This document shows, one piece after another, positions 1 through 15,661 of a stretch of DNA of 64,000 bases. The notes under the pieces are model-generated. The model worked only from the letters and a program-made list of their open reading frames with translations. It searched no databases and was not told the origin of the DNA. Location: the NCBI RefSeq assembly GCF_009914755.1, contig NC_060933.1, one strand, 5' to 3'. Source of the DNA: the human T2T-CHM13v2.0 reference genome, Homo sapiens. The translations under genes were made by a program, and so were the position numbers. Numbering within the stretch: position 1 is the stretch's first letter; every line of letters starts with the position of its first letter.

Positions 1-1105
1 CCATTCCATTGCATTCCATTCCATTCCATTCCCCTGCAGTCGGGTTGATTCCATTCCATTCCATTCCATTCCATTCCATTCCATTCCGTTCCGTTCCGTT
101 CCGTTCCATTCCATTCCATTCCATTCTATTCGGGTTAATTCCATTCCATTCCATTCCATTCCATTCCATTCCAATCGAGTTGATTCCATTCCATTCCATA
201 CCATTCCATCCCACTCCATTCCAGTCCTTTCCATTCCATTCCACTCGGGTTGATTCCAATGTATTCCTTTCCATTCCATTGCATTCCATTGCAATAGAGT
301 TGATTCCATTGCTTTGCATTCCATTCCATTCCATTCCATTCCGGATGATTCCATTCCATTGCATTCCATTCCATTCCATTCCCCTGCACTCGGGTTGATT
401 CTATTCCATTCCATTCCGTTCCGTTCCATTCCATTCCATTCCATTCTATTCGGGTTAATTCCATTCCATTCCATTCGATTGCAATCGTTTTGATTCCATT
501 CCATTCCATTCCATTCCATTCCATCCCATTCCATTCCTTTCCATTCCATTACGGATGATTCCATTCCATTGCATTCCATTCCATTCCATTCCCCTGTACT
601 CGGGTTGATTCCATTCCATTGCATTCCAATCCATGCCCTTCCACTCGTGTACATTCCATTCTTTCCATTCCATTCAAGTTGAATCCATTCCATTGCATTC
701 CATTCCATTCGATTCCATTCGATTGCACTCGGGTTGATTCCATTCCATTGCATTCCATTCCATTCAATTCCGTTCCATTCCATTCCATTCCATTCGGATT
801 GATTCTATTCAATTCCCTTACACTCCATTACATTCCATTCCATTCGGGTAGTTTCCATTCCATTCCATTCCATTCCTCTCCTTTCCATTGCACTCGGGTT
901 GATTCCATTCCATTGCATTCCATTCCATTCCATTCAATTCCATTCCGTTTCATTCCATTCCATTACATTCTGATTGATTCTATTCAACTCCCTTACTCTC
1001 CATTACATTCCATTCCATTCGGGCTGTTCCATTCCATTCCATTCCATTCCACTCCATTCCATTGCACTCGGGTTTATTCCATTCCATTCCATTCCATTCC
1101 ATTCC

Positions 1106-1120
1106 ATTCCGGAAGATTCC
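1106..1120. promoter_or_regulatory. Canonical three-unit heat-shock element match nTTCn-nGAAn-nTTCn (first of ~43 copies)
   Basis: ATTCC GGAAG ATTCC is an exact match to the HSF1 trimer consensus of alternating nGAAn. Motif match only; binding is not shown. Confidence 0.55.
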
Positions 1121-4100
1121 ATTCCATTGCATTCCATTCCATTCCATTCCCCTGCACTCGCGTTGATTCCATTCCATTCCATTCCATTCCATTCCATTCC
1201 TTTCCGTTCCATTCCATTGCATTCCATTCCATTCCATTCCATTCCATTCCATTCCGTTCCGTTCCGTTCCATTCCATTCCATTCCATTCTATTCGGGTTA
1301 ATTCCATTCCATTCCATTCGATTGCAATCGAGTTGATTCCATTCCATTCCATTCCATTCCATTCCATTCCATTCCATTCCATTCCTTTCCATTCCATAAC
1401 GGATGATTCCATTCCATTGCATTCCATTCCATTCCATTCCCCTGTACTCGGGTTCATTCCATTCCATTCCATTCCAATCCATGCCATTCCACTCGTTTTC
1501 ATTCCATTCTTTCCATTCCATTCAAGTTGAATCCATTCCATTGCATACCATTCCATTCCATTCCCCTGCAGTCGGGTTGATTCCATTCCATTCCATTCCA
1601 TTCCATTCCATTCCGTTCCGTTCCGTTCCGTTCCGTTCCATTCCATTCCATTACATTCTATTCGGGTTAATTCCATTCCATTCCATTCCATTCCATTCCA
1701 TTCCATTCCAATCGAGTTGATTCCATTCCATTCCATTCCATTCCATTCCACTCCATTCCAGTCCTTTCCATTCCATTCCACTCGGGTTGATTCCAATGTA
1801 TTCCTTTCCATTCCATTCCATTCCATTGCAATCGAGTTGATTCCATTGCTTTGCATTCCATTCCATTCCATTCCATTCCGGATGATTCTATTCCATTGCA
1901 TTCCATTCCATTCCATTCCCCTGCACTCGGGTTGATTCCATTCCATTCCACTCCATTCCGTTCCATTCCATTCCATTCCATTGTATTCGTGTTAATTCCA
2001 TTCCATTCCTTTCCATTCCATTCCATTCCATTAAATTCCTTTACAATCGAGTTGATTCCATTCCATTCCATTCCATGCCATTCCATTCCAGTCCTTTCCA
2101 TTCCATTCCACTCGGGGTGATTCCATTCTATTAGTTTCCATTCCATTCCATTCCCTTCCATTCCACTCTGGTTGATTCCATTCCTTTCCATTCCACTCGA
2201 ATACATTCCCTCCTATTCCACTCGGAACGATTCCAATCCTTTCCATTCCATTCCATTCCATTCCATTCCATTTCGTTCCATTCCATTCTATTCCGTATCA
2301 TTCCATTCCATTCCATTCCATTCCAATCGTGTTGATTCCATTCATTTCCATTCCATTCGATTTGAAGGCATTCCATTCCATTCCATTCCATTCCATTCCA
2401 TTCCATTCCATTCCATTGTACTCGGGTTGATTGCATTCCATTGCATTCCATTCCATTCTATTCCGTTGCATTCCATTCCATTACATTCGGATTGATTCTA
2501 TTCAACTCCCTTACTCTCCATTACATTCCACTGCATTCGGGTTGTTCCATTCCATTCCATTCCATTCCACTCCATTCCATTGCACTCGGGTTGATTCCAT
2601 TCCATTCCATTCCATTCCATTCCATTCCATTCCATTCCAGATGATTCCATTCCATTGCATTCCATTCCATTCCATTCCCCTGCACTCGCGTTGATTCCAT
2701 TCCATTCCATTCCATTCCATTCCATTCCATTCCATTCCATTGCATTCCATTCCATTCCTTTCCGTTCCATTCCATTCCATTCCATTCCATTCCGTTCCGT
2801 TCCGTTCCGTTCCATTCCATTCCATTCCATTCTATTCGGGTTAATTCCATTCCATTCCATTCGACTGCAATCGAGTTGATTCCATTCCATTCCATTCCAT
2901 TCCATTCCATTCCATTCCATTCTTTCCATTCCATTCAAGTTGAATCCATTCCATTGCATTCCATTCCATTCCATTCCCCTGCACTCGGGTTGATTCCATT
3001 CCATTCCATTACATTACATTCCGTTCCATTCCATTCCATTCCATTCGGATTGATTCTATTCAATTCCCTTACACTCCATTACATTCCATTCCATTCGGGT
3101 AGTTTCCATTCCATTCCATTCCATTCCTCTCCATTCCATTGCACTCGGGTTGATTCCATTCCATTCCATTCCATTCCATTCGATTACATTACATTCCATT
3201 CCATTCCGTTCCATTGTACTCGGGTTGATTCCATTCCATTGCATTCCATTCCATTCCATTCCATTCCATTCCATTCCGTTCCATTCCATTACATTCGGAT
3301 TGATTCTATTCAACTCCCTTACTCTCCATTACATTCCATTCCATTCGGGTTGTTCCATTCCATTCCATTCCATTCCCCTCCATTCCATTGTGCTCGGTTT
3401 GATTCCATTCCATTCCATTCCATTCCATTCCATTCCATTCCGGAAGATTCCATTCCATTGTATTCCATTCCATTCCATTACCCTGCACTCGCGTTGATTC
3501 CATTCCATTCCATTCTATTCCATTCCATTCCCTTCCTTTCCGTTCCATTCCATTCCATTCCATTCCATTCCATTCCGTTCCGTTCCGTTCCATTCCATTC
3601 CATTCCATTCCATTCCGGATGATTCCATTCCATTGCATTCCGTTCCATTACATTCCCCTGCACTCGGCTTGATTCCATTCCATTCCATTCCATTCCATTC
3701 GATTCCATTCCATTCCAATTCTTTCCATTCCATTCTATTCCGTACCATGCCATTCCATTCCATACAATTCCATTCCATTCCATTCCACTCCGTTCCGTTC
3801 CGTTCCGTTCCATTCCATTCCATTCCATTCTATTCGGGTTAATTCCATTCCATTCCATTCGATTGCAATCGAGTTGATTCCATTCCATTCCATTCCATTC
3901 CATTCCATTCCATTCCATTCCTTTCCATTCCATTACGGATGATTCCATTCCATTGCATTCCATTCCATTCCATTCCCCTATACTCGGGTTGATTCCATTC
4001 CATTCCATTCCAATCCATGCCATTCCACTCGTGTTGATTCCATTCTTTCCATTCCATTCAAGTTGAATCCATTCCATTGCATTCCTTTCCATTCGATTCC

Positions 4101-7100
4101 ATTCGATTGCACTCGGGTTGATTCCATTCCATTGCATTCCATTCCATTCCATTCCATTCCATTTCATTCCATTCCGTTCCATTCCATTCCATTACATTCG
4201 GATTGATTCTATTCAATTCCCTTACACTCCATTACATTCCATTCCATTCGGGTAGTTTCCATTCCATTCCATTCCATTCTTCTCCATTCCATTGAACTCG
4301 GGTTGATTCCATTCCATTGCATTCCATTCCATTGCATTCCATTCCATTCCCTTCCATTCCATTCCATTACATTCGGATTGACTCTATTCAACTCCCTTAC
4401 TCTCGATTACATTCCATTCCATTCGGGTTGTTCCATTCCATTCCATTCCATTCCACTCCATTCCATTGCACTCGGGTTTATTCCATTCCATTCCATTCCA
4501 TTCCATTCCATTCCGGAAGATTCCATTCCATTGCATTCCATTCCATTCCATTCCCCTGCACTCGCGTTGATTCCATTCCATTCCATTCCATTCCATTCCA
4601 TTCCTTTCCATTCCATTCCTTTCCGTTCCATTCCATTCCATTCCATTCCATTCCATTCCATTCCGTTCCGTTCCGTTCCGTTCCATTCCATTCCATTCCA
4701 TTCTATTCGGGTTAATTCCATTCCATTCCATTCGGTTGCAATCGAGTTGATTCCATTCCATTCCATTCCATTCCATTCCATTCCATTCCATTCCATTCCA
4801 TTCCTTTCCATTCCATTACGGATGATTCCATTCCATTGCATTCCATTCCATTCCATTCCCCTGTACTCGGGTTCATTCCATTCCATTCCATTCCAATCCA
4901 TGCCATTCCACTCGTGTTGATTCCATTCTTTCCATTCCATTCAAGTTGAATCCATTCCATTGCATTCCATTCCATTCCATTCCCCTGCAGTCGGGTTGTT
5001 TCCATTCCATTCCATTCCGTTCCGTTCCGTTCCATTCCATTCCATTCCATTCTATTCGGGTTAATTCCATTCCATTCCATTCCATTCCATTCCATTCCAT
5101 TCCATTCCATTCCAATCGAGTTGATTCCATTCCATTCCGTTCCATTCCATTCCGCTCCATTCCAGTCCTTTCCATTCCATTCCACTCGGGTTGATCCCAA
5201 TGTATTCCTTTCCATTCCATTCCATTCCATTGCAATCGAGTTGATTCCATTGCTTTGCATTCCATTCCATTCCATTCCATTCCGGATGATTCCATTCCAT
5301 TGCATTCCATTCCATTCCATTCCCCTGCACTCGGGTTGATTCCATTCCATTCCACTCCATTCCGTTCCATTCCATTCCATTGCATTGTATTCAGGTTAAT
5401 TCCATTCCATTCCATTCCATTCCATTCCATTCCATTCCATTACAATCGAGTTGATTCCATTCCATTCCATTCCATTCCAGTCCTTTCCATTCCATTCCTC
5501 TCGGGTTGATTCCATTCTATTAGTTTCCATTCCATTCCATTCCCTTCCATTCCACTCTGGTTGATTCCATTCCTTTCCATTCCACTCGAATACATTCCCT
5601 CCTATTCCACTCGGAACGATTCCATTCCATTCCATTCCATTCCATTCATTTCGTTCCATTCCATTCTATTCCGTATCATTTCATTCCATTCCATTCCATT
5701 CCATTCCATTCCGTTCCATTCCATTCCATTGTACTCGGGTTGATTCAATTCCATTGCATTCCATTCCATTCCATTCCATTCCATTCCATTCCGTTGCATT
5801 CCATTCCATTACATTCGGATTGATTCTATTCAACTCCCTTACTGTCCATTACATTCCATTCCATTCGGGTTGTTCCATTCCATTCCATTCCATTCCACAC
5901 CATTCCATTGCACTCGGATTGATTCCATTGCATTCCATTCCATTCCATTCCATTCCATTCCGGATGATTCCATTCCATTGCATTCCGTTCCATTACATTC
6001 CCCTGCACTCGCGTTGATTCCATTCCATTCAATTCCATTCCGTTCAATTCCATTCCATTACAATTCGTTCCATTCCATTCTATTCCGTACCATTCCATTC
6101 CATTCCATACCATTCCATTCCATTCCATGCCATTCCATTCCGTTCCATTCCGTTCCATTCCATTCCATTCCATTCTATTCGGGTTAATTCCATTCCATTC
6201 CATTCCATTCCATTCCATTCTCTTCCATTCCATTGCAATCGAGTTGAATCCATTGCATTTCATTCCATTCCATTCCATTCCATTCCGGAAGATTCCATTC
6301 CATTGCATTCCATTCCATTCCATTCCCCTGCACTCGCGTTGATTCCATTCCATTCCATTCCATTCCATTCCATTCGATTCCATTCCGTTCCGTTCCATTC
6401 CATTCCATTCCATTCCATTCCATTCCATTCCGTTCCGTTCCATTCCATTCCATTCCATTCTATTCGGGTTAATTCCATTCCATTCCATTCGATTGCAATC
6501 GAGTTGATTACATTCCATTCCATTCCATTCCATTCCTTTCCATTTCATTCCTTTCCATTCCAATACGGATGATTCCATTCCATTGCATTCCATTCCATTC
6601 CATTCCCCTGTACTCGGGTTGTTTCCATTCCATTCCATTCCAATCCATGCCATTCCACTCGTGTTGATTCCATTCTTTCCATTCCATTCAAGTTGAATCC
6701 ATTCCATTGCATTCCATTCCATTTGATTCCATTCGATTGCACTCGGGTTGATTCCATTCCATTACATTCCATTCCATTCCATTCCGTTCCGTTCCATTCC
6801 ATTCCATTCCATTCCATTCCATTCCGTTCCGTTCCATTCCATTCCATTCCATTCTATTCGGGTTAATTCCATTGCATTCCATTCGATTGCCATCGAGTTG
6901 ATTCCATTCCATTCCATTCCATTCCATTCCATTCCATTCCTTTCCATTCCATTACGGATGACTCCATTCCATTGCATTCCATTCCATTCCATTCCCCTGT
7001 ACTCGGGTTGATTCCATTCCTTTCCATTCCTCTCCATTCGGTTCCGTTGCATTCCATTCTATTGCATTCCATTCTATTCGGGTTAATTGCATTCCATTCT

Positions 7101-7369
7101 ATTCCATTCCATTCCATTCCATTCCATTGCAATGGAGTTTATTCCATTCCATTCCATTCCATTCTGGATGATTCCATTCCATTGCATTCCATTCCATTCC
7201 ATTCCCCTGCACTCGTGTTGATTCCATTCCCTTCCATTCCATTCCATTCCGTTCCATTCCATTCCATTCCATTCTATTCCGGTTAATTCCATTCCATTCC
7301 ATTCCATTCCATTCCATTCCATTCCATTGCAATCGAGTTGTTTCCATTCCATTCCTTTCCATTCCATTC

Positions 7370-7660
7370 CATTGCCTTGCATTCCACTCGGGTTGATTCC
7401 ATTCCCTTCTTTCCACTCCATTACATTCCCTTCCATTCCACTCGGAATGATTGATTCCATTCCATTCCATTCCATTTCATTCCATTGCAATCCATTCCAA
7501 TCCATTCCATTCCATTCCATTCCACTCGAGTTGACTTCATTCCATTCCTTTCCATTCCATTCCATTCCTTTCCACTCGAGTTGATTCCATTCCATTCCAA
7601 TCCATTGCATTCCATTCCATGCCATTCCACTCGGGTTGATTCCATTCCTTTGCATTCCAT
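7370..7660 (+). repeat. Rare complex module (TTGCCTTGC..CCCTTCTTTCCACTCC..TGATTGATT..GAGTTGACTTC..CCTTTGC), 5 copies in window
   Basis: Copies at ~7370, ~10595, ~29278 (truncated), ~41100 and ~43615. Confidence 0.85.
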
Positions 7661-10600
7661 TCCATTCCATTCCATTGCATTCCATTCCATTCCATTCCGT
7701 TGCATTCCATTCCATTACATTCGGATTGATTCTATTCAACTCCCTTACTCTCCATTACATTCCATTCCATTCGGGTTGTTCCATTCCATTCCATTCCATT
7801 CCATTCCGTTCCATTCCATTCCATTCCATTCCATTCTATTCGGGTTAATTCCATTCCATTCCATTCGATTGCAATCGTGTTGATTCCATTCCATTCCATT
7901 CCATTCCATTCCATTCCATTCCATTCCATTCCATTCCATTACGGATGATTCCATTCCATTGCATTCCATTCCATTCCATTCCCCTGTACTCGGGTTGATT
8001 CCATTCCATTGCATTCCAATCCATGCCCTTCCACTCGTGTTGATTCCATTCTTTCCATTCCATTCAAGTTGAATCCATTCCATTGCATTCCATTCCATTC
8101 GATTCCATTCGATTGCACTCGGGTTGATTCCATTCCATTGCATTCCATTCCATTCCATTCCATTCCATTCCGTTCCATTACATTACATTACATTCGAATT
8201 GATTCTATTCAATTCCCTTACACTCCATTACATTCCATTCCATTCGGGTAGTTTCCATTCCTTTCCATTCCATTCCTCTCCATTCCATTGCACTCGGGTT
8301 GATACCATTCCATTGCATTCCATTCCATTCCATTCAATTCCATTCCGTTCCATTCCATTCCATTACATTCGGATTGATTCTATTCAACTCCCTTACTCTC
8401 CATTACATTCCATTCCGTTCGGGTTGCTCCATTGCATTCCATTCCATTCCACTCCATTCCATTGCACTCGGGTTTATTCCATTCCATTCCCTTCCATTCC
8501 ATTCCATTCCATTCCATTCCGGAAGATTCCATTCCATTGCATTCCATTCCATTCCATTCCCCTTCTCTCGCGTTGATTCCATTCCATTCCATTCCATTCC
8601 ATTCCAATCCATTCCATTCCTTTCCGTTGCATTCCATTCCATTCCATTCCATTCCATTCCATTCCATTCCATTCCGTACCGTTCCATTCCATTCCATTCC
8701 ATTCCATTCTATTCGGGTTAATTCCATTCCATTCCATTCGATTGCAATCGAGTTGATTCCATTCCATTCCATTCCATTCCATTCCATTCCATTCCATTCC
8801 TTTCCTTTCCATTACGGATGATTCCATTCCATTGCATTCCATTCCATTCCATTCCCCTGTACTCGGGTTGATTCCATTCCATTCCATTCCAATCCATGCC
8901 ATTCCACTCGTGTTGATTCCATTCTTTCCGTTCCATTCAAGTTGAATCCATTCCATTGCATTCCATTCCATTCCATTCCCCTGCAGTCGGGTTGATTCCA
9001 TTCCATTCCATTCCATTCCATTCCATTCCATTCCATTCCGTTCCGTTCCGTTCCGTTCTCTTCCATTCCATTCCATTCTATTCGGGTTAATTCTATTCCA
9101 TTCCATTCCATTCCATTCCAATCGAGTTGATTCCATTCCATTCCATTCCATTCCATTCCACTCCATTCCAGTCCTTTCCATTCCATTCGACTCGGGTTGA
9201 TTCCAATGTATTCCTTTCCATTCCATTCCCTTCCATTGCAATCGAGTTGATTCCATTGCTTTGCATTCCATTCCATTCCATTCCATTCCGGATGATTCCA
9301 TTCCATTGCATTGATTCCATTCAATTCCCCTGCACTCGGGTTGATTCCATTCCATTCCACTCCATTCCGTTCCATTCCATTCCATTCCATTGTATTCGGG
9401 TTAATTCCATTCCATTCCATTCCATTCCATTCCATTCCATTTCATTCCATTCCATTACAATCGAGTTGATTCCATTCCATTCCATTCCATTCCATTCCAT
9501 TCCATTCCAGTCCTTTCCATTCCATTCCACTCGGGTTGATTCCATTCTATTAGTTTCCATTCCATTCCATTCCCTTCCATTCCACTCTGGTTGATTCCAT
9601 TCCTTTCCATTCCACTCGAATACATTCCCTCCTATTCCACTCGGAACGATTCCATTCCTTTCCATTCCATTCCATTCCATTCCATTCCAGTTCGTTCCAT
9701 TCCGTTCTATTCCGTACCATTCCATTCCATTCCATTCCTTTCCATTCCATTCCTTTCCACTCGTGTTGATTCCATTCCTTTCCATTCCATTCGGTTTGAA
9801 GGCATTCCTTTCCATTCAAATCCATTCCATTCCATTCCATTCCATTCCATTCTATTCCATTCCATTGCAATCGAGTTGAATCCATTGCCTTTCATTCCAT
9901 TCCATTCCATTCCATTAAGGAAGATTCCATTCCATTGCATTCCATTCCATTCCATTCCCCTGCACTTGCGTTGATTCCATTCCATTCCATTCCATTCCAT
10001 TCCGTTCTGTTCCATTCCATTCCATTCCATTCCGTTCCGTTCCATTCCATTCCATTCCATTCTATTCGGGTTAATTCTATTCCATTCCATTCGATTGCCA
10101 TCGAGTTGATTCCTTTCCATTCCATTCCATTCCATTCCATTCCATTCCATTCCATTCCTTTCCATTCCATTACGGATGACTCCATTCCATTGCATTCCAT
10201 TCCATTCCATTCCCCTGTACTCGGGTTGATTCCATTCCATTCCATTCCACTGCATTCGGTTCCGTTGCATTCCATTCTATTGCATTCCATCTATTCGGGT
10301 TAATTCCATTCCATTCTATTCCATTCCATTCCATTCCATTCCATTGCAATGGAGTTGATTCCATTCCATTCCATTCCATTCCGGATGATTCCATTCCATT
10401 GCATTCCATTCCATTCCATTCCCCTGCACTCGTGTTGATTCCATTCCCTTCCATTCCATTGCATTCCGTTCCATTCCATTCCATTCCATTCTATTCCGGT
10501 TAATTCCATTCCATTCCATTCCATTCCATTCCATTCCATTCCATTCCATTGCAATCGAGTTGATTCCATTCCATTCCTTTCCATTCCATTCCATTGTCTT

Positions 10601-13600
10601 GCATTCCACTCGGATTGATTACATTCCCTTCTTTCCACTCCATTACATTCCCTTCCATGATTGATTCCATTCCATTCCATTCCATTGCAATCCATTCCAA
10701 TCCATTTCATTCCATTCCATTCCACTCGAGTTGACTTCATTCCATTCCTTTCCATTCCATTCCATTCCTTTCCACTCGAGTTGATTCCATTCCATTCCAA
10801 TCCATTGCATTCCATTCCATGCAATTCCACTCGGGTTGATTCCATTCCTTTGCATTCCATTCCATTCCATTCCATTCCATTCCATTCCGTTGCATTCCAT
10901 TCCATTACATTCGGATTGATTCTATTCAACTCCCTTACTCTCCATTACATTCCATTCCATTCGGGTTGTTCCATTCCATTCCATTCCATTCCACTCCATT
11001 CCATTGCACTCGGATTGATTCCATTCCATTCCATTCCATTCCATTCCATTCCATTCCATTCCATTCCATTCCGGATGATTCCATTCCATTGCATTCCGTT
11101 CCATTGCATTCCCCTGCACTCGCGTTGATTCCATTCCATTCCATTCCATTCCTTTCAATTCCACTGCATTACAATTCGTTCCATTCCATTCTATTCCGTA
11201 CCATTCCATTCCATTCCATACCATTCCATTCCATTCCATTCCATTCCCTTCCGTTCCATTCCGTTCCATTCCATTCCATTCTATTCGGGTTAATTCCATT
11301 CCATTCTATTCCATTCCATTCTATTCCATTCCATTGCAATCGAGTTGAATCGACTGCATTTCATTCCATTCCATTCCATTCCATTCCATTCCGGAATATT
11401 CCATTCCATTGCATTCCATTCCATTCCATTCCCCTGCACTCGCGTTGATTCCATTCCATTCCATTCCATTCCATTCCATTCCGTTCCGTTCCGTTCCGTT
11501 CCATTCCATTCCATTCCATTCCATTCCATTCCGTTCCGTTCCATTCCATTCCATTCCATTCCATTCTATTTGGGTTAATTCCATTCCATTCCATTCGATT
11601 GCAATCGTGTTGATTCCATTCCATTCCATTCCATTCCATTCCATTCCATTCCATTCCATTCCATTCCGTTCCTTTCCATTCCATTACGGATGATTCCATT
11701 CCATTGCATTCCATTCCATTCCATTCCCCTGTACTCGGGTTGATTCCATTCCATTGCATTCCAATCCATGCCCTTCCACTCGTGTTGATTCCATTCTTTC
11801 CATTCCATTCAAGTTGAATCCAATCCATTGCATTCCATTCCATTCGATTCCATTCGATTGCACTCGGGTTGATTCCATTCCATTGCATTCCATTCCTTTC
11901 CGTTCCATTCCATTCCATTCCATTCCATTCCATTCCGTTCCATTCCATTCCATTACATTCGGATTGATTCTATTCAATTCCCTTACACTCCATTACATTC
12001 CATTCCATTCGGGTAGTTTCCATTCCATTCCATTCCATTCCTCTCCATTCCATTGCAATCGGGTTGATTCCATTCCATTGCATTCCATTCCATTCCATTC
12101 AATTCCATTGTGTTCCATTCCATTCCATTACATTCGGATTGATTCTATTCAACTCCCTTACTCTCCATTACATTCTATTCCATTCGAGCTGTTCCATTCC
12201 ATTCCATTCCATTCCACTCCATTCCATTGCACTCGGGTTTATTCCATTCCATTCCATTCCATTCCATTCCATTCCATTCCATTCCGGAAGATTCCATTCC
12301 ATTGCATTCCATTCCATTCCATTCCCCTGCACTCGCGTTGATTCCATTCCATTCCATTCCATTTCATTCCATTCCATTCCTTTCCGTTCCATTCCATTCC
12401 ATTCCATTCCATTCCATTCCATTCCGTTCCGTTCCGTTCCGTTCCGTTCCGTTCCATTCCATTCCATTCCATTCTATTCGGGTTAATTCCATTCCATTCC
12501 ATTCGATTGCAATCGAGTTGATTCCATTCCATTCCATTCCATTCCATTCCATTCCATTCCATTCCTTTCCATTCCATTACGGATGATTCCATTCCATTGC
12601 ATTCCATTCCATTCCATTCCCCTGTACTCGGGTTCATTCCATTCCATTCCATTCCAATCCATGCCATTCCACTCGTGTTGATTCCATTCTTTCAATTCCA
12701 TTGAAGTTGAATCCATTCCATTGCATTCCATTCCATTCCATTCCCCTGCAGTCGGGTTGATTCCATTCCATTCCATTCCATTCCATTCCATTCCATTCCA
12801 TTCCGTTCCGTTCCGTTCCATTCCATTCCATTCCATTCTATTCGGGTTAATTCCATTCCATTCCATTCCATTCCATTCCATTCCATTCCACTCCATTCCA
12901 GTCCTTTCCGTTCCATTCCATTCCATTCCATTCTATTCGGGTTAATTCCATTCCATTCCATTCCATTCCATTCCATTCCATTCCACTCCATTCCAGTCCT
13001 TTCCATTCCATTCCACTCTGGTTGATTCCAATGTATTCCTTTCCATTCCATTCCATTCCATTGCAATCGAGTTGATTCCATTGCTTTGCATTCCATTCCA
13101 TTCCATTCCATTCTGGATTATTCCATTTCATTGCTTTCCATTCCATTCCATTCCCCTGCACTTGGGTTGATTCCATTCCATTCCACTCCATTCCGTTCCA
13201 TTCCATTCCATTCCATTGTATTCGGGTTAATTCCATTCCATTCCATTCCATTCCATTCCATTCCATTACAGTCGAGTTGATTCCATTCCATTCCATTCCA
13301 TTCCAGTCCTTTCCATTCCATTCCACTCGGGTTGATTCCATTCTATTAGTTTCCATTCCATTCCATTCCCTTCCATTCCACTCTGGTTGATTCCATTCCT
13401 TTCCATTCCACTCGAATACATTCCCTCCTACTCCACTCGGAACGATTCCATTCCTTTCCATTCCATTCCATTCCATTCCATTCCATTCCATTTCGTTCCA
13501 TTCCATTCTGTTCCGTATCATTCCATTCCATTCCATTCCACTCGTGTTGATTCCATTCCTTTCCATTCCATTCGGTTTGAAGGCATTCCATTCCATTCCA

Positions 13601-15661
13601 TTCCATTCCATTCCATTGTACTCGGGTTGATTCCATTCCATTGCATTCCATTCCATTCCATTCCATTCCATTCCGTTGCATTCCATTACATTCAGATTGA
13701 TTCTATTCAACTCCCTTACTCTCCATTACATTCCATTCCATTCGTGTTTTCCACTCCATTCCATTCCATTCCACTCCATTCCATTGCACTCGGGTTGATT
13801 CCATTCCATTCCATTCCATTCCATTCCATTCCGGATGATTCCATTCCATTGCATTCCGTTCCATTACATTCCCCTGCACTCGCGTTGATTCCATTCCATT
13901 CCATTCAATTCCATTCCATTACAATTCGTTCCATTCCATTCTATTCCGTACCATTCCATTCCATTCCATACCATTCCATTCCATTCCATTCCATTCCATT
14001 CCATTCCATTCCGTTCCATTGCATTCCATTCCATTCTATTCGGGTTAATTCCATTCCATTCCATTCCATTCCATTCTGTTCCATTCCATTGCAATCGAGT
14101 TGAATCCATTGCATTTCATTCCATTCAATTCCATTCCATTCCATTCCATTCCGGAAGATTCCATTCCATTGCATTTCATTCCATTCCATTCCCCTGCACT
14201 CGCGTTGATTCCATTCCATTCCATTCCATTCCATTCCGTTCCGTTCCGTTCCATTCCATTCCATTCCATTCCATTCCGTTCGGTTCCATTCCATTCCATT
14301 CCATTCCATTCTATTTGGGTTAATTCCATTCCATTGCATTCGATTGCAATCGAGTTGACTCCATTCCATTCCATTCCATTCCATTCCATTCCATTCCATT
14401 CCTTTCTATTCCATTACGGATGATTCCATTCCATTGCATTCCATTCCATTCCATTCCCCTGTACTCGGGTTGATTCCATTACATTCCATTCCAATCCATG
14501 CCATTCCACTCGTGTTGATTCCATTCTTTCCATTCCATTCAAGTTGAATCCATTCCATTGCATTCCATTCCATTGGATTCCATTCGACTGCACTCGGGTT
14601 GATTCCATTCCATTCGATTCCATTCCATTCCATTCCGTTCCATTCCATTCCATTCCATTCCATTCCGATCCATTCCACTCTGTTCCGTTCCGTTCCATTC
14701 CATTCCATTCCATTCTATTCGGGTTAATTCCATTCCATTCCATTCGATTGCAATCGAGTTGATTCCATTCCATTCTATTCCATTCCATTCCATTGCTTTC
14801 CATTCCATTACGGATGATTCCATTCCATTGCATTCCATTCCATTCCATTCCCCTGTACTCGGGTTGATTCCATTCCATTCCATTCCAATCTATGCCATTC
14901 CACTCGTGTTGATTCCATTCTTTCCATTCCATTCAAGTTGAATCCATTCCATTGCATTCCATTCCATTCCATTCCCCTGCAGTCGGGTTGATTCCATTCC
15001 ATTCCATTCCATTCCATTCCATTCCATTCCGTTCCTTTCCATTCCATTCCATTCCATTCTATTCGGGTTAATTCCATTCCATTCCATTCCATTCCATTCC
15101 AATCGAGTTGATTCCATTCCATTCCTTTCCATTCCATTCCACTCCATTCCAGTCCTTTCCATTCCATTCCACTCGGGTTGATTCCAATGTATTCCTTTCC
15201 ATTCCATTCCATTCCATTGCAATCGAGTTGATTCCATTGCTTTGCATTCCATTCCATTCCATTCCATTCTGGATTATTCCATTCCATTGCATTCCATTCC
15301 ATTCCATTCCCCTGCACTCGGGTTGATTCCATTCCATTCCACTCCATTCCGTTCCATTCCATTCCATTCCATTGTATTCGGGTTAATTCCATTCCATTCC
15401 ATTCCATTCCATTCCATTCCATTCCATTACAATCGAGTTGATTGCATTCCATTCCATTCCATTCCATTCCATTTCAGTCCTTTCCATTCCATTCCACTCG
15501 GGTTGATTCCATTCTATTAGTTTCCATTCCATTCCATTCCCTTCCATTCCACTCTGGTTGATTCCATTCCTTTCCATTCCACTCGAATACATTCCCTCCT
15601 ATTCCACTCGGAACAATTCCATTCCATTCCATTCCATTCCATTCCATTCCATTCCATTCCA

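Noticed and set aside
780-1030. CRISPR-like or integron-like pattern (conserved ~60 bp CGGATTGATTCTATTCAA..CCCTTAC elements separated by other sequence)
   Set aside because: The intervening sequence is satellite, not unique spacers. Spacing is irregular, the elements are in-phase decayed pentamers, and there are no cas or integrase genes.
2196-2235. Other GAA-containing motifs as extra HSEs (CTCGAATAC, CTCGGAACG, GTTGAATCC, TTTGAAGGC, TTCGGAATG)
   Set aside because: GAA is out of register with the flanking TTC units (spacing not 2 bp on both sides), so they do not form nTTCnnGAAnnTTCn.
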